Part shown: positions 10,332-20,512 of the stretch, one piece after another
Layout: each line of letters begins with the position of its first letter
Position numbering within the stretch: the stretch's first letter is position 1
Assembly: GCA_965205675.1 (NCBI GenBank)
Contig: OZ242186.1
Span: 768,001-832,000 of the forward strand
Direction: 5' to 3'
DNA length: 64,000 nucleotides
DNA from: Nitrosopumilus sp.
Lineage (GTDB): Archaea; Thermoproteota; Nitrososphaeria; Nitrososphaerales; Nitrosopumilaceae
Program-made: the position numbers and the translations under genes
The notes under the pieces: model-generated
Databases searched by the model: none
Told to the model about the DNA's origin: nothing
Seen by the model: the letters and a program-made list of their open reading frames with translations, nothing else

Positions 10332-11330
10332 TTACTTATCTGCACTTTCTGTGAGATATTTATCAACATCAATTGCAGCCATACATCCAAATCCAGCTGC
10401 TGTGACTGCTTGCCTGTAACTTCTATCATGTACGTCCCCTGCTGCAAAAATCCCTTTCATGTTGGTGTATGTTCTATTTTTTAACACTATGTATCCTTCT
10501 TCATCTAAATCAATTTGATCTTTGAATAGTTGTGTATTTGGTTCGTGTCCGATAGCTACAAACAAACCTCCTGCATCTAGTGTTGTTTCTTCATTTGTTT
10601 TTAGATTTTTTAATACAGCTTGTTGCATTTTTTGATCTCCTTTGATTTCAGTTACTGCCGAATCCCAATGAAATTTTATTTTTTCATTCTTTAATGCTCT
10701 TTCTTGCATGATTTTACTTGCACGTAGTTTATCTCGTCTATGAATTAGATGAACATTTGTAGCAAATTTAGTAAGAAACGTTGCCTCTTCGATTGCTGAA
10801 TCTCCTCCCCCTACTACGATAATTTCTTGGTTTCTAAAAAATGGCCCATCACATGTAGCACAATATGATACTCCTTTACCTCCAAACGTCTCTTCTCCTT
10901 CTAATCCTAATTTTCTAGGATTTGCACCTGTTGCGATGATCACTGCCCGCCCTTCGTATTCTTCTGATGCAGTTAGCACCTTGAATGGTTTACGTCTAAA
11001 GTCTACATCTACTACAACATCATCGACAATCGCTGTTCCCATTCTTTGAGACTGTTTTCTCATATCTATCATCAAATCTGGACCCATGATCCCATTTTCA
11101 AATCCTGGATAATTTTCAACCTCTGTGGTGTTGACTAGTTGCCCTCCTGGCAAAAGTCCTGATAAAATCAAAGTATCATAACCTGCCCTTGAACAGTAAA
11201 TCCCTGCTGTGTATCCTGAAGGTCCAGCACCAATTATGACCACGTCAAATTTTGTCTTCTTTTTATCTGGAATTTTTGGTCCTTCATCTTTCGTTTCAAG
11301 AACTGCTGCACCTGCATCTCCTGCCATCAT
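10332..11330 (-). CDS. trxB: Thioredoxin-disulfide reductase
   Basis: GAGPSG, CATCDG, GGGDSA, AAGD. Confidence 0.96.
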   Translation of the reverse strand: MMAGDAGAAVLETKDEGPKIPDKKKTKFDVVIIGAGPSGYTAGIYCSRAGYDTLILSGLLPGGQLVNTTEVENYPGFENGIMGPDLMIDMRKQSQRMGTAIVDDVVVDVDFRRKPFKVLTASEEYEGRAVIIATGANPRKLGLEGEETFGGKGVSYCATCDGPFFRNQEIIVVGGGDSAIEEATFLTKFATNVHLIHRRDKLRASKIMQERALKNEKIKFHWDSAVTEIKGDQKMQQAVLKNLKTNEETTLDAGGLFVAIGHEPNTQLFKDQIDLDEEGYIVLKNRTYTNMKGIFAAGDVHDRSYRQAVTAAGFGCMAAIDVDKYLTESADK

Positions 11331-11400
11331 GATGTTTATGGTCTTAATTTCATTAATTTAAGTGAATATCCTTTTTTGTATTTTCAAATTAAAAACAGAT

Positions 11401-12162
11401 CTATTCATTTTTAATTTGATTTATGATTTTCATGTGTTTTTGGCATATTGTTTTGTTCTCAATTTGTGAATGAAGCAAATCTTTTTGCCAATGTGCATTA
11501 AACAACCTGCAATTCCTGTCCTTGCAAAATATTTCTCCTGTCTTGTAATATACTATTGATTGTAATAGATACCCTTCGATAATTTCATTTAGACGTAGAT
11601 CGTGGTATTCTAAAAACTCTCCTTGATATTTTTCTCTTATTTCTTTGATTTTATCTTTAGAAAAACTTGTCATTAGTTCCAAATAGTATTTCTTTGGTTT
11701 TGCTGGAGCCTCTATTATTCCGGTTGTCGAAATAATTGTTGGATTTGAACTAATCAATGCTCTAGCATGATATCTAAAATCACTCTCATCAAATGTTGCA
11801 GTTATCTTATTTGTGAGAATAATATGTAATACTTTTCCGGTAATTGGTATATTTTTTATAATTATATTTTGTAGTTCAAATCCATCATATATTGTCATTA
11901 TTTCCTCTTTAGACATGTCTTTGTTTTCTTTTTCAACTTGAATCTCTTCTGTTGATGGCATGTGTTTTTTGTAACGATTTTTTAAATCAAATATCCGTGT
12001 GGATGCTATTTTTTTACACGTTTCATTATTTATTTTCTCAAAAAAATTCCCTCTCTTTTCCACTTTTATGTTAAACGTATCTATGATGAATTTTTTTATT
12101 TTTTCAATCTGTATTTCTGGTACTGTAGGCTCATCATATAGAATAATTTTTGAAATTTTCAC
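11401..12162 (-). CDS. Archaeal putative metallopeptidase-like protein (DUF6775-like)
   Basis: TFDESDFRYHAR, EAPAKP, CKDRNCRLFNAHWQ. Confidence 0.65.
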   Translation of the reverse strand: MKISKIILYDEPTVPEIQIEKIKKFIIDTFNIKVEKRGNFFEKINNETCKKIASTRIFDLKNRYKKHMPSTEEIQVEKENKDMSKEEIMTIYDGFELQNIIIKNIPITGKVLHIILTNKITATFDESDFRYHARALISSNPTIISTTGIIEAPAKPKKYYLELMTSFSKDKIKEIREKYQGEFLEYHDLRLNEIIEGYLLQSIVYYKTGEIFCKDRNCRLFNAHWQKDLLHSQIENKTICQKHMKIINQIKNE

Positions 12163-12185
12163 TAAAAATCTAATGATTTGATTGT

Positions 12186-13004
12186 TTATCTTTCTAACTC
12201 TTTGATTTTTTCAGCTGCAATTTCAGCAGCTCGTTTTCCTGAGAATAACATTGAACCAAATGTCGGTCCCATTCTTGCCAATCCGTGGGTTTCAGTAACT
12301 GACATACCTGCTGCAATTAATCCTGGATACACTTCGCCTGTTTTATGAACTACGTGTTCTTCTCCATCATTGACATACATTGGTTCCATTCCTTTCCACT
12401 TAGCTAATCCTCTATCTACTAGTCTTTTCACTGCAACAGAATCATGGCCTGATGCATCAATAATTAATTTAGCTTCAAAAGCAACTGGATCTACACATGT
12501 AATGTTACGTGGTAATGCTGAAACTGGCATCCAATTAACTACAATCCCTGCAACTCTTTCATTCTTTAGTACCAAGTCATCAAATTTTGTTAATTGAAGA
12601 AACTTTACTCCTGCATCACATGCGCCTGCAATTAATTTTGAAACTGCATGTGGTCCTGGTGTTAAGTATAATCCGTCTTGTACTTTTTTGTATGGTACGC
12701 CCAATTCATCCCATATTTTTTGAGCCGGCTCTCTAACTGTTACAGGATTCATCATGTAACCTCCTAACCAATAACCTCCTCCTAGGTAGTTGTTTTGTTC
12801 AATGACTAAAACTTTGTAACCCATGTTTGATAATTCTCTACTTGCTGTTAATCCTGCAGGACCTGCACCAATAATGATTACATCTGATTCTGCCCTGTCA
12901 ATTAAAACATCATGAAACTCATTTGCAATTGCACGTGTAATTTCAACTTCACGTACATCTGTAAAAATTTTGTCTGATTTTTCTGCAACTGTTGCTTCTT
13001 GCAT
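12186..13004 (-). CDS. thi4: THI4-family thiazole synthase
   Basis: GAGPAG, LGGGYW, CVDP, RMGPTFGSM; likely start MQEATV at 13004. Confidence 0.92.
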   Translation of the reverse strand: MQEATVAEKSDKIFTDVREVEITRAIANEFHDVLIDRAESDVIIIGAGPAGLTASRELSNMGYKVLVIEQNNYLGGGYWLGGYMMNPVTVREPAQKIWDELGVPYKKVQDGLYLTPGPHAVSKLIAGACDAGVKFLQLTKFDDLVLKNERVAGIVVNWMPVSALPRNITCVDPVAFEAKLIIDASGHDSVAVKRLVDRGLAKWKGMEPMYVNDGEEHVVHKTGEVYPGLIAAGMSVTETHGLARMGPTFGSMLFSGKRAAEIAAEKIKELER

Positions 13005-13149
13005 ATCTTGATGAACTCTGTGATTAATTAATACCTTCCCACATCTGTTTTCAATAAATTGGGTAACTAACGGTTCTGGCCATTTCACCTCTGCACGAAA
13101 GTAGGAAAATATTGCACTTTGATGAAAATATTTCTCCCAAAAACTGCAA

Positions 13150-14997
13150 ATGTCAAAAATTTATATCCAAACTAAAAGAAATTTCATTGTATTGACTACT
13201 CTTAAACAATCTGTTCCTGATTCTGTAAAACCAAAAATTAACTGGGCTAGAATTGAAGAATCTGATAATTTTGCCAAGACTGTGAAGTTATTCCGTCAAG
13301 GGAAATATGATGCAGATAGTTTTAGACGATTTAGACTTCAACATGGTGCATATGGTACTAGGATGACTGGTGATTATGCCATGGTTCGAGTCAAATTACC
13401 TGCTGGAGAGATTTATCCTGATCAAATTGAAAAAATATCTCAATTAAGTGAACAATATTCTATTGGAAGTGCTCATTTTTCCACTCGCGAAAACATTCAA
13501 CTCCATTGGGTAATTCTTGAAGATGTCTCTGAAATTTTTAAAGGTCTTGCAGAAGTTGGACTAACCTCTAGAGAAGCTTGTGGAAACTCTGTTAGAAATG
13601 TAATGTGTAGTCCATTATCTGGTGTTTGTCCTGATGAAAAATTTGATGCAACTCCATATGCTCTTGCAACTGCTAGATTTTTCTTACGAAATCCAATGGC
13701 TCAAAACTTACCTCGTAAATTTAAATTCAATTTCACATGCTGTGAAAAACATGGTATGGTGAGAATTGTCGATGTTGGATTAATTCCTCAAATCAGACAA
13801 CTTGATGGAAAACCTCAAAGAGGATTCAAAATTTTCCTTGGTGGTGGTTTGGGAAACAAATCATATGTTGGACATCAACTAGAAGAATTTACTCCTGAAG
13901 AAGATTTGCTTTACACATCAATTGCTGTAATGCGAATATTTGATAGACTTGGTGATAGAAAGAATCTTGCAAGAAACAGAATGCGTTATCTTGTTAATGA
14001 CATGGGCTGGGAAAAATTCCAAAACCTTGTTTTCAAAGAAAGAGCAATCGTTCGAGCTACTCAATCTGTCATCACGCAATTAGATGTTGATCCCACTCCT
14101 GATGAAATTAAACGCACTATTCGAATCTCTGATGAAAATGGTGGTGAGACTATTGCTGATGGATATACTAGATGGCTTAAAACAAATACTGTTAAACAGA
14201 CTCAGGATGATTATCGTTCTGTATTTCTCACTCTTGAGGCAGGTGATATTACTGCAAGTCAACTTCACACACTAGCTGATATTATTCGTAATTTCTCATC
14301 AGAGCAAAAAGCAAGAGCTGGATTTAACCAAAATATTGCCTTACGCTATGTCCACGAAGATGATCTCACCCGTTTGTATTCTAAACTTCTTGAGGCTGGA
14401 TTGGCAAAGTCTGGCGCTTTGACTATGGCTGCCCCTATTGGTTGTTCTGGAACTACTTCTTGTAATCTCGCCTTGACTAATTCTCATAGATTGGCAAAAG
14501 AGATTCAAAGAAAATTCCTTGAGTTACATCTAGATGAGGATGATGATCTCAGTGATTCTTCAATTAAAATCAGTGGTTGTCCTAATTCGTGTGGACAACA
14601 TGGTGTTGCAACTCTTGGATTCTTTGGCGGTGGTGGACGTGTTGGAAAAAACATGTATCCTAATTATCAAATGTCTCTGGGTGGACGCTCTGATGGTGAT
14701 ACTATGCTCGGACAAACACTTCTCAGAGTTCCTGCAAAACGTGTAATCCCTGTCATTCTAAAAGTAATTGAAATTTTCAAAGAAAATAAAAAGTCGGATG
14801 ATACTTTGAAATCTTGGATTCATAGAGTTGTTAATGACAATGAAGATTCTCAAATCAAATCAATCACTGATATTAAGAAAATACTTGAACCTTTAACCAT
14901 TCCTCCAACAATAGAAGAAGATTCTAACTTCTATTTGGATTATGGTAGCGATACTAGCTATCACACAAAAACTGGAAAAGGTGAATGTGCTGCTTGA
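13150..14997 (+). CDS. Ferredoxin-dependent sulfite/nitrite reductase (siroheme, 4Fe-4S)
   Basis: STRENIQ, LPRKFK, CSGTTSC...SGCPNSC, C-terminal GECAA; the true start may be TTG at 13192. Confidence 0.9.
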   Translation: MSKIYIQTKRNFIVLTTLKQSVPDSVKPKINWARIEESDNFAKTVKLFRQGKYDADSFRRFRLQHGAYGTRMTGDYAMVRVKLPAGEIYPDQIEKISQLSEQYSIGSAHFSTRENIQLHWVILEDVSEIFKGLAEVGLTSREACGNSVRNVMCSPLSGVCPDEKFDATPYALATARFFLRNPMAQNLPRKFKFNFTCCEKHGMVRIVDVGLIPQIRQLDGKPQRGFKIFLGGGLGNKSYVGHQLEEFTPEEDLLYTSIAVMRIFDRLGDRKNLARNRMRYLVNDMGWEKFQNLVFKERAIVRATQSVITQLDVDPTPDEIKRTIRISDENGGETIADGYTRWLKTNTVKQTQDDYRSVFLTLEAGDITASQLHTLADIIRNFSSEQKARAGFNQNIALRYVHEDDLTRLYSKLLEAGLAKSGALTMAAPIGCSGTTSCNLALTNSHRLAKEIQRKFLELHLDEDDDLSDSSIKISGCPNSCGQHGVATLGFFGGGGRVGKNMYPNYQMSLGGRSDGDTMLGQTLLRVPAKRVIPVILKVIEIFKENKKSDDTLKSWIHRVVNDNEDSQIKSITDIKKILEPLTIPPTIEEDSNFYLDYGSDTSYHTKTGKGECAA

Positions 14998-15788
14998 TTG
15001 ATTCTGTTAAAATAACCACGGATGTAGATTCTTTGCGTTCTGAAATACGAGATAAAAGTGTTAGAGTAATTGATGTTAGAAGAGAGGATGATTATAAACA
15101 AGATCATATTCCTTCTGCTGTAAACTTGCCTCTGGCCCATCTCTTATCTGATGATAGTCCCGAACGTGTTTTGAAACTTGTTAACTCTATGGGAATTGAT
15201 GATGAAACTTCTGTGGTAGTTTACGATGACACATTTGGTGCTTTAGCATCTAGAGTTGCTTGGACTTTGGAGTACTTGGGACATTCTCATATTACTCTAC
15301 TAGACACTACGTATAGTCATTGGAAATCTCTTGGTTTGGAAAGTGATTCTCTTACTCCTGATCTTCAAACTAAAGATCATTCTATGAAATTACAACCTGA
15401 TATTTTAGCTACTTCTGACTATCTAGAAACTGCTAAAACCCGAGATGATGTAATTTTAATCGATAATAGAGAACGTTTGAATTTTCTTGAACAACACATT
15501 CCTGGAGCAATCAATCTCCCATATCGTACTTTGGCCTCTAACGATAAAATTTTGCGCTCAAAAGAGGATATAACACGACTATTGGATAATCGTGGAGTGA
15601 CTGACAGTTCTGAAATTATTACTTATTGTGGCAGTGTGGGAACTCTTTCTGGTTTGGCATATTATGCACTAAAATCTGCTGGACTAAACGCAAAACTATA
15701 CGTTCGTTCTTTTAAAGAATGGAAAAATCTCCAAAAACCTACTGAAAAACAAGAAGATGCTAGTTATTGGGATTTATCTGCTGAATAA
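14985..15788 (+). CDS. Tandem-domain rhodanese/sulfurtransferase
   Basis: HIPSAV, HIPGAI, YCGSVG. Confidence 0.9.
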   Translation: MCCLIDSVKITTDVDSLRSEIRDKSVRVIDVRREDDYKQDHIPSAVNLPLAHLLSDDSPERVLKLVNSMGIDDETSVVVYDDTFGALASRVAWTLEYLGHSHITLLDTTYSHWKSLGLESDSLTPDLQTKDHSMKLQPDILATSDYLETAKTRDDVILIDNRERLNFLEQHIPGAINLPYRTLASNDKILRSKEDITRLLDNRGVTDSSEIITYCGSVGTLSGLAYYALKSAGLNAKLYVRSFKEWKNLQKPTEKQEDASYWDLSAE

Positions 15789-16910
15789 TTATGCGATTTC
15801 ATCTCTGAGCTTTTTTGTAACTGTTCCTTCAATGTTGTCAAATAATACCATCATCTTCTCTTTGTTGTCTATTAGATAATCTACTCCTCTATCTTGCAAT
15901 CTTATTTTCCATAATCTAATTTCTCTATGTTCATCAAAGAAATTTTCTATCATCTGTTCCCCTGATTTTGTTGGATCGATAAATTCTTCAAAAACTTCAA
16001 TGGTTTTATCTACATCTTCTCCTTCTATTGATTCTTTAACTGATTGAATTGCTTGACTGAGTCGTTTTAAATTTTTAACTGGCTTAGGCAATGTCTTTTT
16101 TGTAATTCCAAACAACCCTTTCTTTTCTTTACCTAATTTCTCTGCAACATTATCTGCAAGATCATAAATTGGTATTCTGCTTAACCCATCACGTTTTTCA
16201 TTTTGTACAATTAATCCTTTTTCTAATAATTTCCGTAAAGCTGTTTCTGCATCAATTTTATCTAAAAATGTAGTCCATACAATTGCACCTATTGTGTGGT
16301 ATCCTTGTCTAATTGATTCTAAAACTACTACCTCTTGAATTCTTTTGAATCCTTCTTCTATTCTAACATTCATGAAATCTTTATCTCTGATTGATTTTCT
16401 TGCATTCTTGACATCAATTTCTATGGAATGTTTTAGAGCCTCTAATGCTTCTGGAATTTGATTAAGTAATGACAAATAGCATGCTTGATTATACCATGCC
16501 ATCCCATATGTTGAATCTGATTCTATTGCTTTTTGAGCTGCATCTAATGCTTTGGCATAGTTTTTTTGTTCATAATGTACTAATCCTTTAAGATTCCAAG
16601 CTTCTGGATTTATAACATCAATGTCCAAAATTCTATCATATACTTTTAGAGCTTCTCCATACTCTTCTAAATGAAATCGTGCATATCCCATTTTCATTAA
16701 AGTTTCAACATTGTCTGGGTCAATTCGTAATGCTTGTTCAAAAATTTCTATGGCATCTTCTAGTTTTTCATCTGCCATTAAATTAATTCCTTTTTTAAAT
16801 AATTTTTTACGGTTGTAATCTATATCTACTAAACTTTTTTCCTGTGGTATTGTTTTTTCAATTTTTACTTCTTTTACTTTTTTTGATCTTTTCCCAAACA
16901 ATTTCTTCAC
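15789..16910 (-). CDS. TPR-repeat protein with a winged-helix-like C-terminal region
   Basis: Repeated EAWNLKG/MAWYNQA TPR pattern. Confidence 0.85.
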   Translation of the reverse strand: MKKLFGKRSKKVKEVKIEKTIPQEKSLVDIDYNRKKLFKKGINLMADEKLEDAIEIFEQALRIDPDNVETLMKMGYARFHLEEYGEALKVYDRILDIDVINPEAWNLKGLVHYEQKNYAKALDAAQKAIESDSTYGMAWYNQACYLSLLNQIPEALEALKHSIEIDVKNARKSIRDKDFMNVRIEEGFKRIQEVVVLESIRQGYHTIGAIVWTTFLDKIDAETALRKLLEKGLIVQNEKRDGLSRIPIYDLADNVAEKLGKEKKGLFGITKKTLPKPVKNLKRLSQAIQSVKESIEGEDVDKTIEVFEEFIDPTKSGEQMIENFFDEHREIRLWKIRLQDRGVDYLIDNKEKMMVLFDNIEGTVTKKLRDEIA

Positions 16911-17034
16911 AGCTCAAATAGCCGTTTTCTCTAGATAAATACCAACCTTAATTGAGCCTATTATCTGCTACATTGAAATCTGAGATAGATTTAGCGATCT
17001 AAATATAGAAATACTTGAAATATTAACAAACGAT

Positions 17035-18645
17035 GTGTCATCTCAGCCACGATTAGAGATTAAAGGACAGGCACCTTTCAAACAATCTGGTGTCTATGAA
17101 GCTCAAATTGCCATTACTGATAGTAAACCTTCTGACGCTGATATTCATACAAAACAATTTCCATCTTTATGGCATGGAAACTTTCATCTTAGAGTAAAAG
17201 ATGGATTGTTCTCTGAGACACTTGGCTCTCCTGCAAATCCTCTTCCATCATCTATTACCAATCTTGATAAAATTTGGATTGTTGTTACGGATCTATTTTC
17301 TTCATCACACACTGTTTTTGATATTCCTTTATCCAAACATGCATCACAAACTGAAATAAAATCTGAAACAAAACCTGTTACTGATACCCCAAAACCCAAA
17401 CATTCTGCAAGAACAAATGTTATAGGTGCATCTGGGCTTTCTGGTGAGAAAGGTGCAACTGGTCCAATCGGTCCACAAGGTGACAAAGGTCCAATCGGCC
17501 CACCTGGTCTGCAAGGTGTACCTGGTGTTAAGGGCCCTGATGGTCATAAGGGACCTTCTGGTGAGAAAGGTGCAACTGGTGACAAAGGTTCACAAGGTGA
17601 CAAAGGAATTTCTGGAGATAGGGGATTAACTGGTGATAAAGGAATTGCTGGTGATAAAGGTGATAAAGGTGACAAAGGAACTACTGGCCCCGTCGGTGAC
17701 AAAGGAGAAAAAGGTGCTACTGGCCCCGTCGGTGACAAAGGTGCTACTGGACTAAAAGGCCCTCTTGGTGACAAAGGAGAAAAAGGTCCAACTGGTCCTG
17801 TGGGGGAAAAAGGATCTGTTGGATTGCGAGGAGTCCCTGGAGAAAAAGGCGACAAAGGCCCACAAGGTATTGTTGGAGATAAAGGATTAACTGGTACTAC
17901 TGGTCCCCCTGGAGAAAAAGGTCCTACTGGATTATCTGGTGTACAAGGAGAAAAAGGAATTCAAGGTGGTCCTGGCCCTATTGGAGAAAAAGGTCCCATT
18001 GGTCCACAAGGTGACAAAGGTCCAATCGGTCCACCTGGCCCTCATGGAGATAAAGGATTAACTGGCCCCGTCGGTTCACAAGGTGACAAAGGTCCACTTG
18101 GTGGTCCTGGCCCTATTGGAGAAAAAGGTAATAAAGGTCCTGAGGGTCCTATTGGAGAAAAAGGCCCACAAGGCCCACAAGGTCCAGCTGGTTCTAAAGG
18201 ATTAACTGGAGTTCCTGGCCCTCAAGGAGAAAAAGGTAACAAAGGTGTAACAGGCCCTATTGGGGAAAAAGGTCAAACTGGTCCAATCGGCGTCCCTGGA
18301 GAAAAAGGCCCACAAGGCCCACAAGGCTCGCAAGGTGAACGTGGTACTACTGGTCCTCCTGGAGAAAAAGGCCCACAAGGTCCACAAGGAATTCAAGGTC
18401 CACAGGGTGAACGTGGCCAAACTGGTCCAATTGGTACTATTGGTGAACAAGGTCCCGTCGGAGGACAAGGCCCTGTCGGTCCTGCTGGTCCGAGAGGTCC
18501 ACCTGGTTCACCTGGAGAAAAAGGTCCCTCTGGAGGAATGTCTTCTGAACAAAAAGCTTTGTTCAAAGATTTGTTAGAACTACTAACTAACAAAAATGTA
18601 ATCTCCACTGAAGAACAAATTAAATTAATGAGTTATCTTTACTGA
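17035..18645 (+). CDS. Collagen-like triple-helix protein
   Basis: About 123 consecutive Gly-X-Y triplets (17425-18531), a globular N-domain and a short helical C-tail. Confidence 0.92.
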   Translation: MSSQPRLEIKGQAPFKQSGVYEAQIAITDSKPSDADIHTKQFPSLWHGNFHLRVKDGLFSETLGSPANPLPSSITNLDKIWIVVTDLFSSSHTVFDIPLSKHASQTEIKSETKPVTDTPKPKHSARTNVIGASGLSGEKGATGPIGPQGDKGPIGPPGLQGVPGVKGPDGHKGPSGEKGATGDKGSQGDKGISGDRGLTGDKGIAGDKGDKGDKGTTGPVGDKGEKGATGPVGDKGATGLKGPLGDKGEKGPTGPVGEKGSVGLRGVPGEKGDKGPQGIVGDKGLTGTTGPPGEKGPTGLSGVQGEKGIQGGPGPIGEKGPIGPQGDKGPIGPPGPHGDKGLTGPVGSQGDKGPLGGPGPIGEKGNKGPEGPIGEKGPQGPQGPAGSKGLTGVPGPQGEKGNKGVTGPIGEKGQTGPIGVPGEKGPQGPQGSQGERGTTGPPGEKGPQGPQGIQGPQGERGQTGPIGTIGEQGPVGGQGPVGPAGPRGPPGSPGEKGPSGGMSSEQKALFKDLLELLTNKNVISTEEQIKLMSYLY

Positions 18646-18751
18646 GCAATTATAATTTTTAATCTATTGTTTATTTTAAAAATTTGTATTTGAAATTTAT
18701 CCTTTGCTTGTTATGCTAATTTTATTTTTCTAAATATTGTATCTCAAATTT

Positions 18752-19762
18752 TGCTGTGTTTCCCAACATGACTAGTTGATCCAATTAATTTCATCACCCA
18801 AGCTTTAGATCAGAATATTCTGTATTATTCCATGAACAGAAACTGGAAAAATTACAACAAAACACTAGTTAGACGTGGAGAAATCATGTTGTCCTTTGAC
18901 GCAATGGAATCATGGAGTATGGAACTAAAAGAGATGAATCACAAAAAGGAAGGTCATCGATTTGTCTATCCTGAATCCTTCATGGAGGCACTAGGATACT
19001 GTCATCTCTATTTGCATCTTCCATTCAGACAAACAGAAGGTCTGATAAAATCACACCTCCAATCCAAAACAAAGACTCCCACATATTCTGCCATTTGGAA
19101 ACGTGTCAACAAACTTGACATCAAGATGAATCCAAAACTAGGAAAAGACATTGTCATTGCAATAGACTCAACTGGAATCAAGGTTGCAGACAGAGGTGAG
19201 TGGATGAGACAGAAATGGCAGAAGAGAAGAGGATTTCTTAAAATTCATGTGGCAGTAGATGTGAAATCTAAACAGATCACAGGGATTGATATTACAGATG
19301 ACAAGTCACATGATTCAAAACATTTCATATCGCTAGTTGAGCAATCAAAACAGTTTGGCAATGTCACTAAAACTTTGGCTGATGGTGCATATGATACAAA
19401 GGATAATTTTTCATATCTGTATTATGATAATGATATTCTACCTGCAATTAAAACAAGAAAAAACTCATCAGTTGTAACTGATTGTTATCCTCGGAGAAAG
19501 TCTGTTTTGGCACAATTGTATAACTTGGATCTATGGAAGCTCAGCGTAAGCTATGGGGATAGATGGATTGTAGAGGGAGTATTCTCTGTATTCAAAAGAA
19601 TATTTGGAGAGCATGTGACATCGCACAAGAGAGAAAACATGATTCATGAATTGAAAATGAAAGTTTGTCTGTACAATAAAATGATTGCAATGCAATAGAA
19701 TCAGAAATGATTTCAAAGCATCAAAGAGTGTTGATGGTTATTTGGGGTTGGGAAACAAAGCA
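18752..19762 (+). mobile_element. IS5-family (IS903-like) element, apparently intact
   Basis: TIRs TGCTGTGTTTCCCAAC / GTTGGGAAACAAAGCA; 8-bp TSD TCAAATTT at 18744-18751 and 19763-19770. Confidence 0.92.
18832..19698 (+). CDS. IS5-family DDE transposase
   Basis: NWKNYNKTLVRRG, IDSTG, ADGAYD, YGDRWIVE. Confidence 0.93.
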   Translation: MNRNWKNYNKTLVRRGEIMLSFDAMESWSMELKEMNHKKEGHRFVYPESFMEALGYCHLYLHLPFRQTEGLIKSHLQSKTKTPTYSAIWKRVNKLDIKMNPKLGKDIVIAIDSTGIKVADRGEWMRQKWQKRRGFLKIHVAVDVKSKQITGIDITDDKSHDSKHFISLVEQSKQFGNVTKTLADGAYDTKDNFSYLYYDNDILPAIKTRKNSSVVTDCYPRRKSVLAQLYNLDLWKLSVSYGDRWIVEGVFSVFKRIFGEHVTSHKRENMIHELKMKVCLYNKMIAMQ

Positions 19763-19896
19763 TCAAATTTTTATATTTATTGTACACTGATATTTTGTTT
19801 ATGTTTTATAATTGATTTTATAGTTAACACTGATATAATTTAGAAAAATGAAAACAATTCGTCGTCTTTATGACGATTGTTAGTTTGTTGACGGGG

Positions 19897-20217
19897 TTAT
19901 CGTCTTTTTGCTGCTTTTCTCTTTGGAGCGGCTTTTCTTTTAGTTGCTGCCTTTCTCTTTGGAGCTGCCTTTCTCTTTGGAGCGGCTTTTCTTTTAGTTG
20001 CTGCCTTTCTCTTTGGAGCTGCCTTTCTCTTTGGAGCGGCTTTTCTTTTAGTTGCTGCCTTTCTCTTTGGAGCTGCTTTTTTAGCTGCAGTTTTTCTTTT
20101 AGTTGCTGCCTTTCTCTTTGGAGCTGCCTTTCTCTTTGGAGCGGCTTTTCTTTTAGTTGCCGCCTTTCTCTTTGGAGCTGCTTTTCTCTTTGGAGCTGCT
20201 TTTCGTTTAGCTGCCAT
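19897..20217 (-). CDS. Histone-H1-like Lys/Arg/Ala-rich repeat protein
   Basis: About 17 KRKAA(P/T) units in 106 aa with ATG and stop; synonymous variation between units preserves this frame. Confidence 0.8.
   Translation of the reverse strand: MAAKRKAAPKRKAAPKRKAATKRKAAPKRKAAPKRKAATKRKTAAKKAAPKRKAATKRKAAPKRKAAPKRKAATKRKAAPKRKAAPKRKAATKRKAAPKRKAAKRR
19905..20208. repeat. 18-bp coding tandem repeat with a 54-bp higher-order period
   Basis: Units AAAAGAAAAGCCGCTCCA / AAGAGAAAGGCAGCTCCA / AAGAGAAAGGCAGCAACT (minus strand) recur in order. Confidence 0.9.
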
Positions 20218-20512
20218 TAATGAATCGGTAATTTCATTGTTTTTCAGTGGTTAAACTAAAGAAATTTACACAATTTGATTACAATTTGTCAAGTAGTTTT
20301 TTTCAAATTGTTTTTTATTTTGATCGTAATTTTTTCTACAATTGTTTATTTGATTTTTTTTGCATTCTTGAGATCAGTTATTTTTCTATGGATTGAACAT
20401 TTATCCTATTTCCATACCTGTTATTGCCATTTTTTTTCAAATTGTTTTTTATTTTCATCTCTGAATTTTAAATAAAACTTTTTTGCAAAAGAATTTGCAG
20501 ATCGATTTTGTA

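Noticed and set aside
13005-13190. TPP riboswitch upstream of thi4
   Set aside because: No CTGAGA or ACCTG-type conserved cores are visible; the region looks like a divergent promoter.
17425-20208. Possible CRISPR arrays in the repetitive tracts
   Set aside because: The repeats are contiguous coding units (9-bp and 18-bp periods) without unique spacers, and no cas genes are present.
19870-20220. Cys/Ser/Trp-rich 116-aa plus-strand ORF
   Set aside because: It is the antisense shadow of the KRKAA repeat gene; the variation between units is synonymous in the minus-strand frame.
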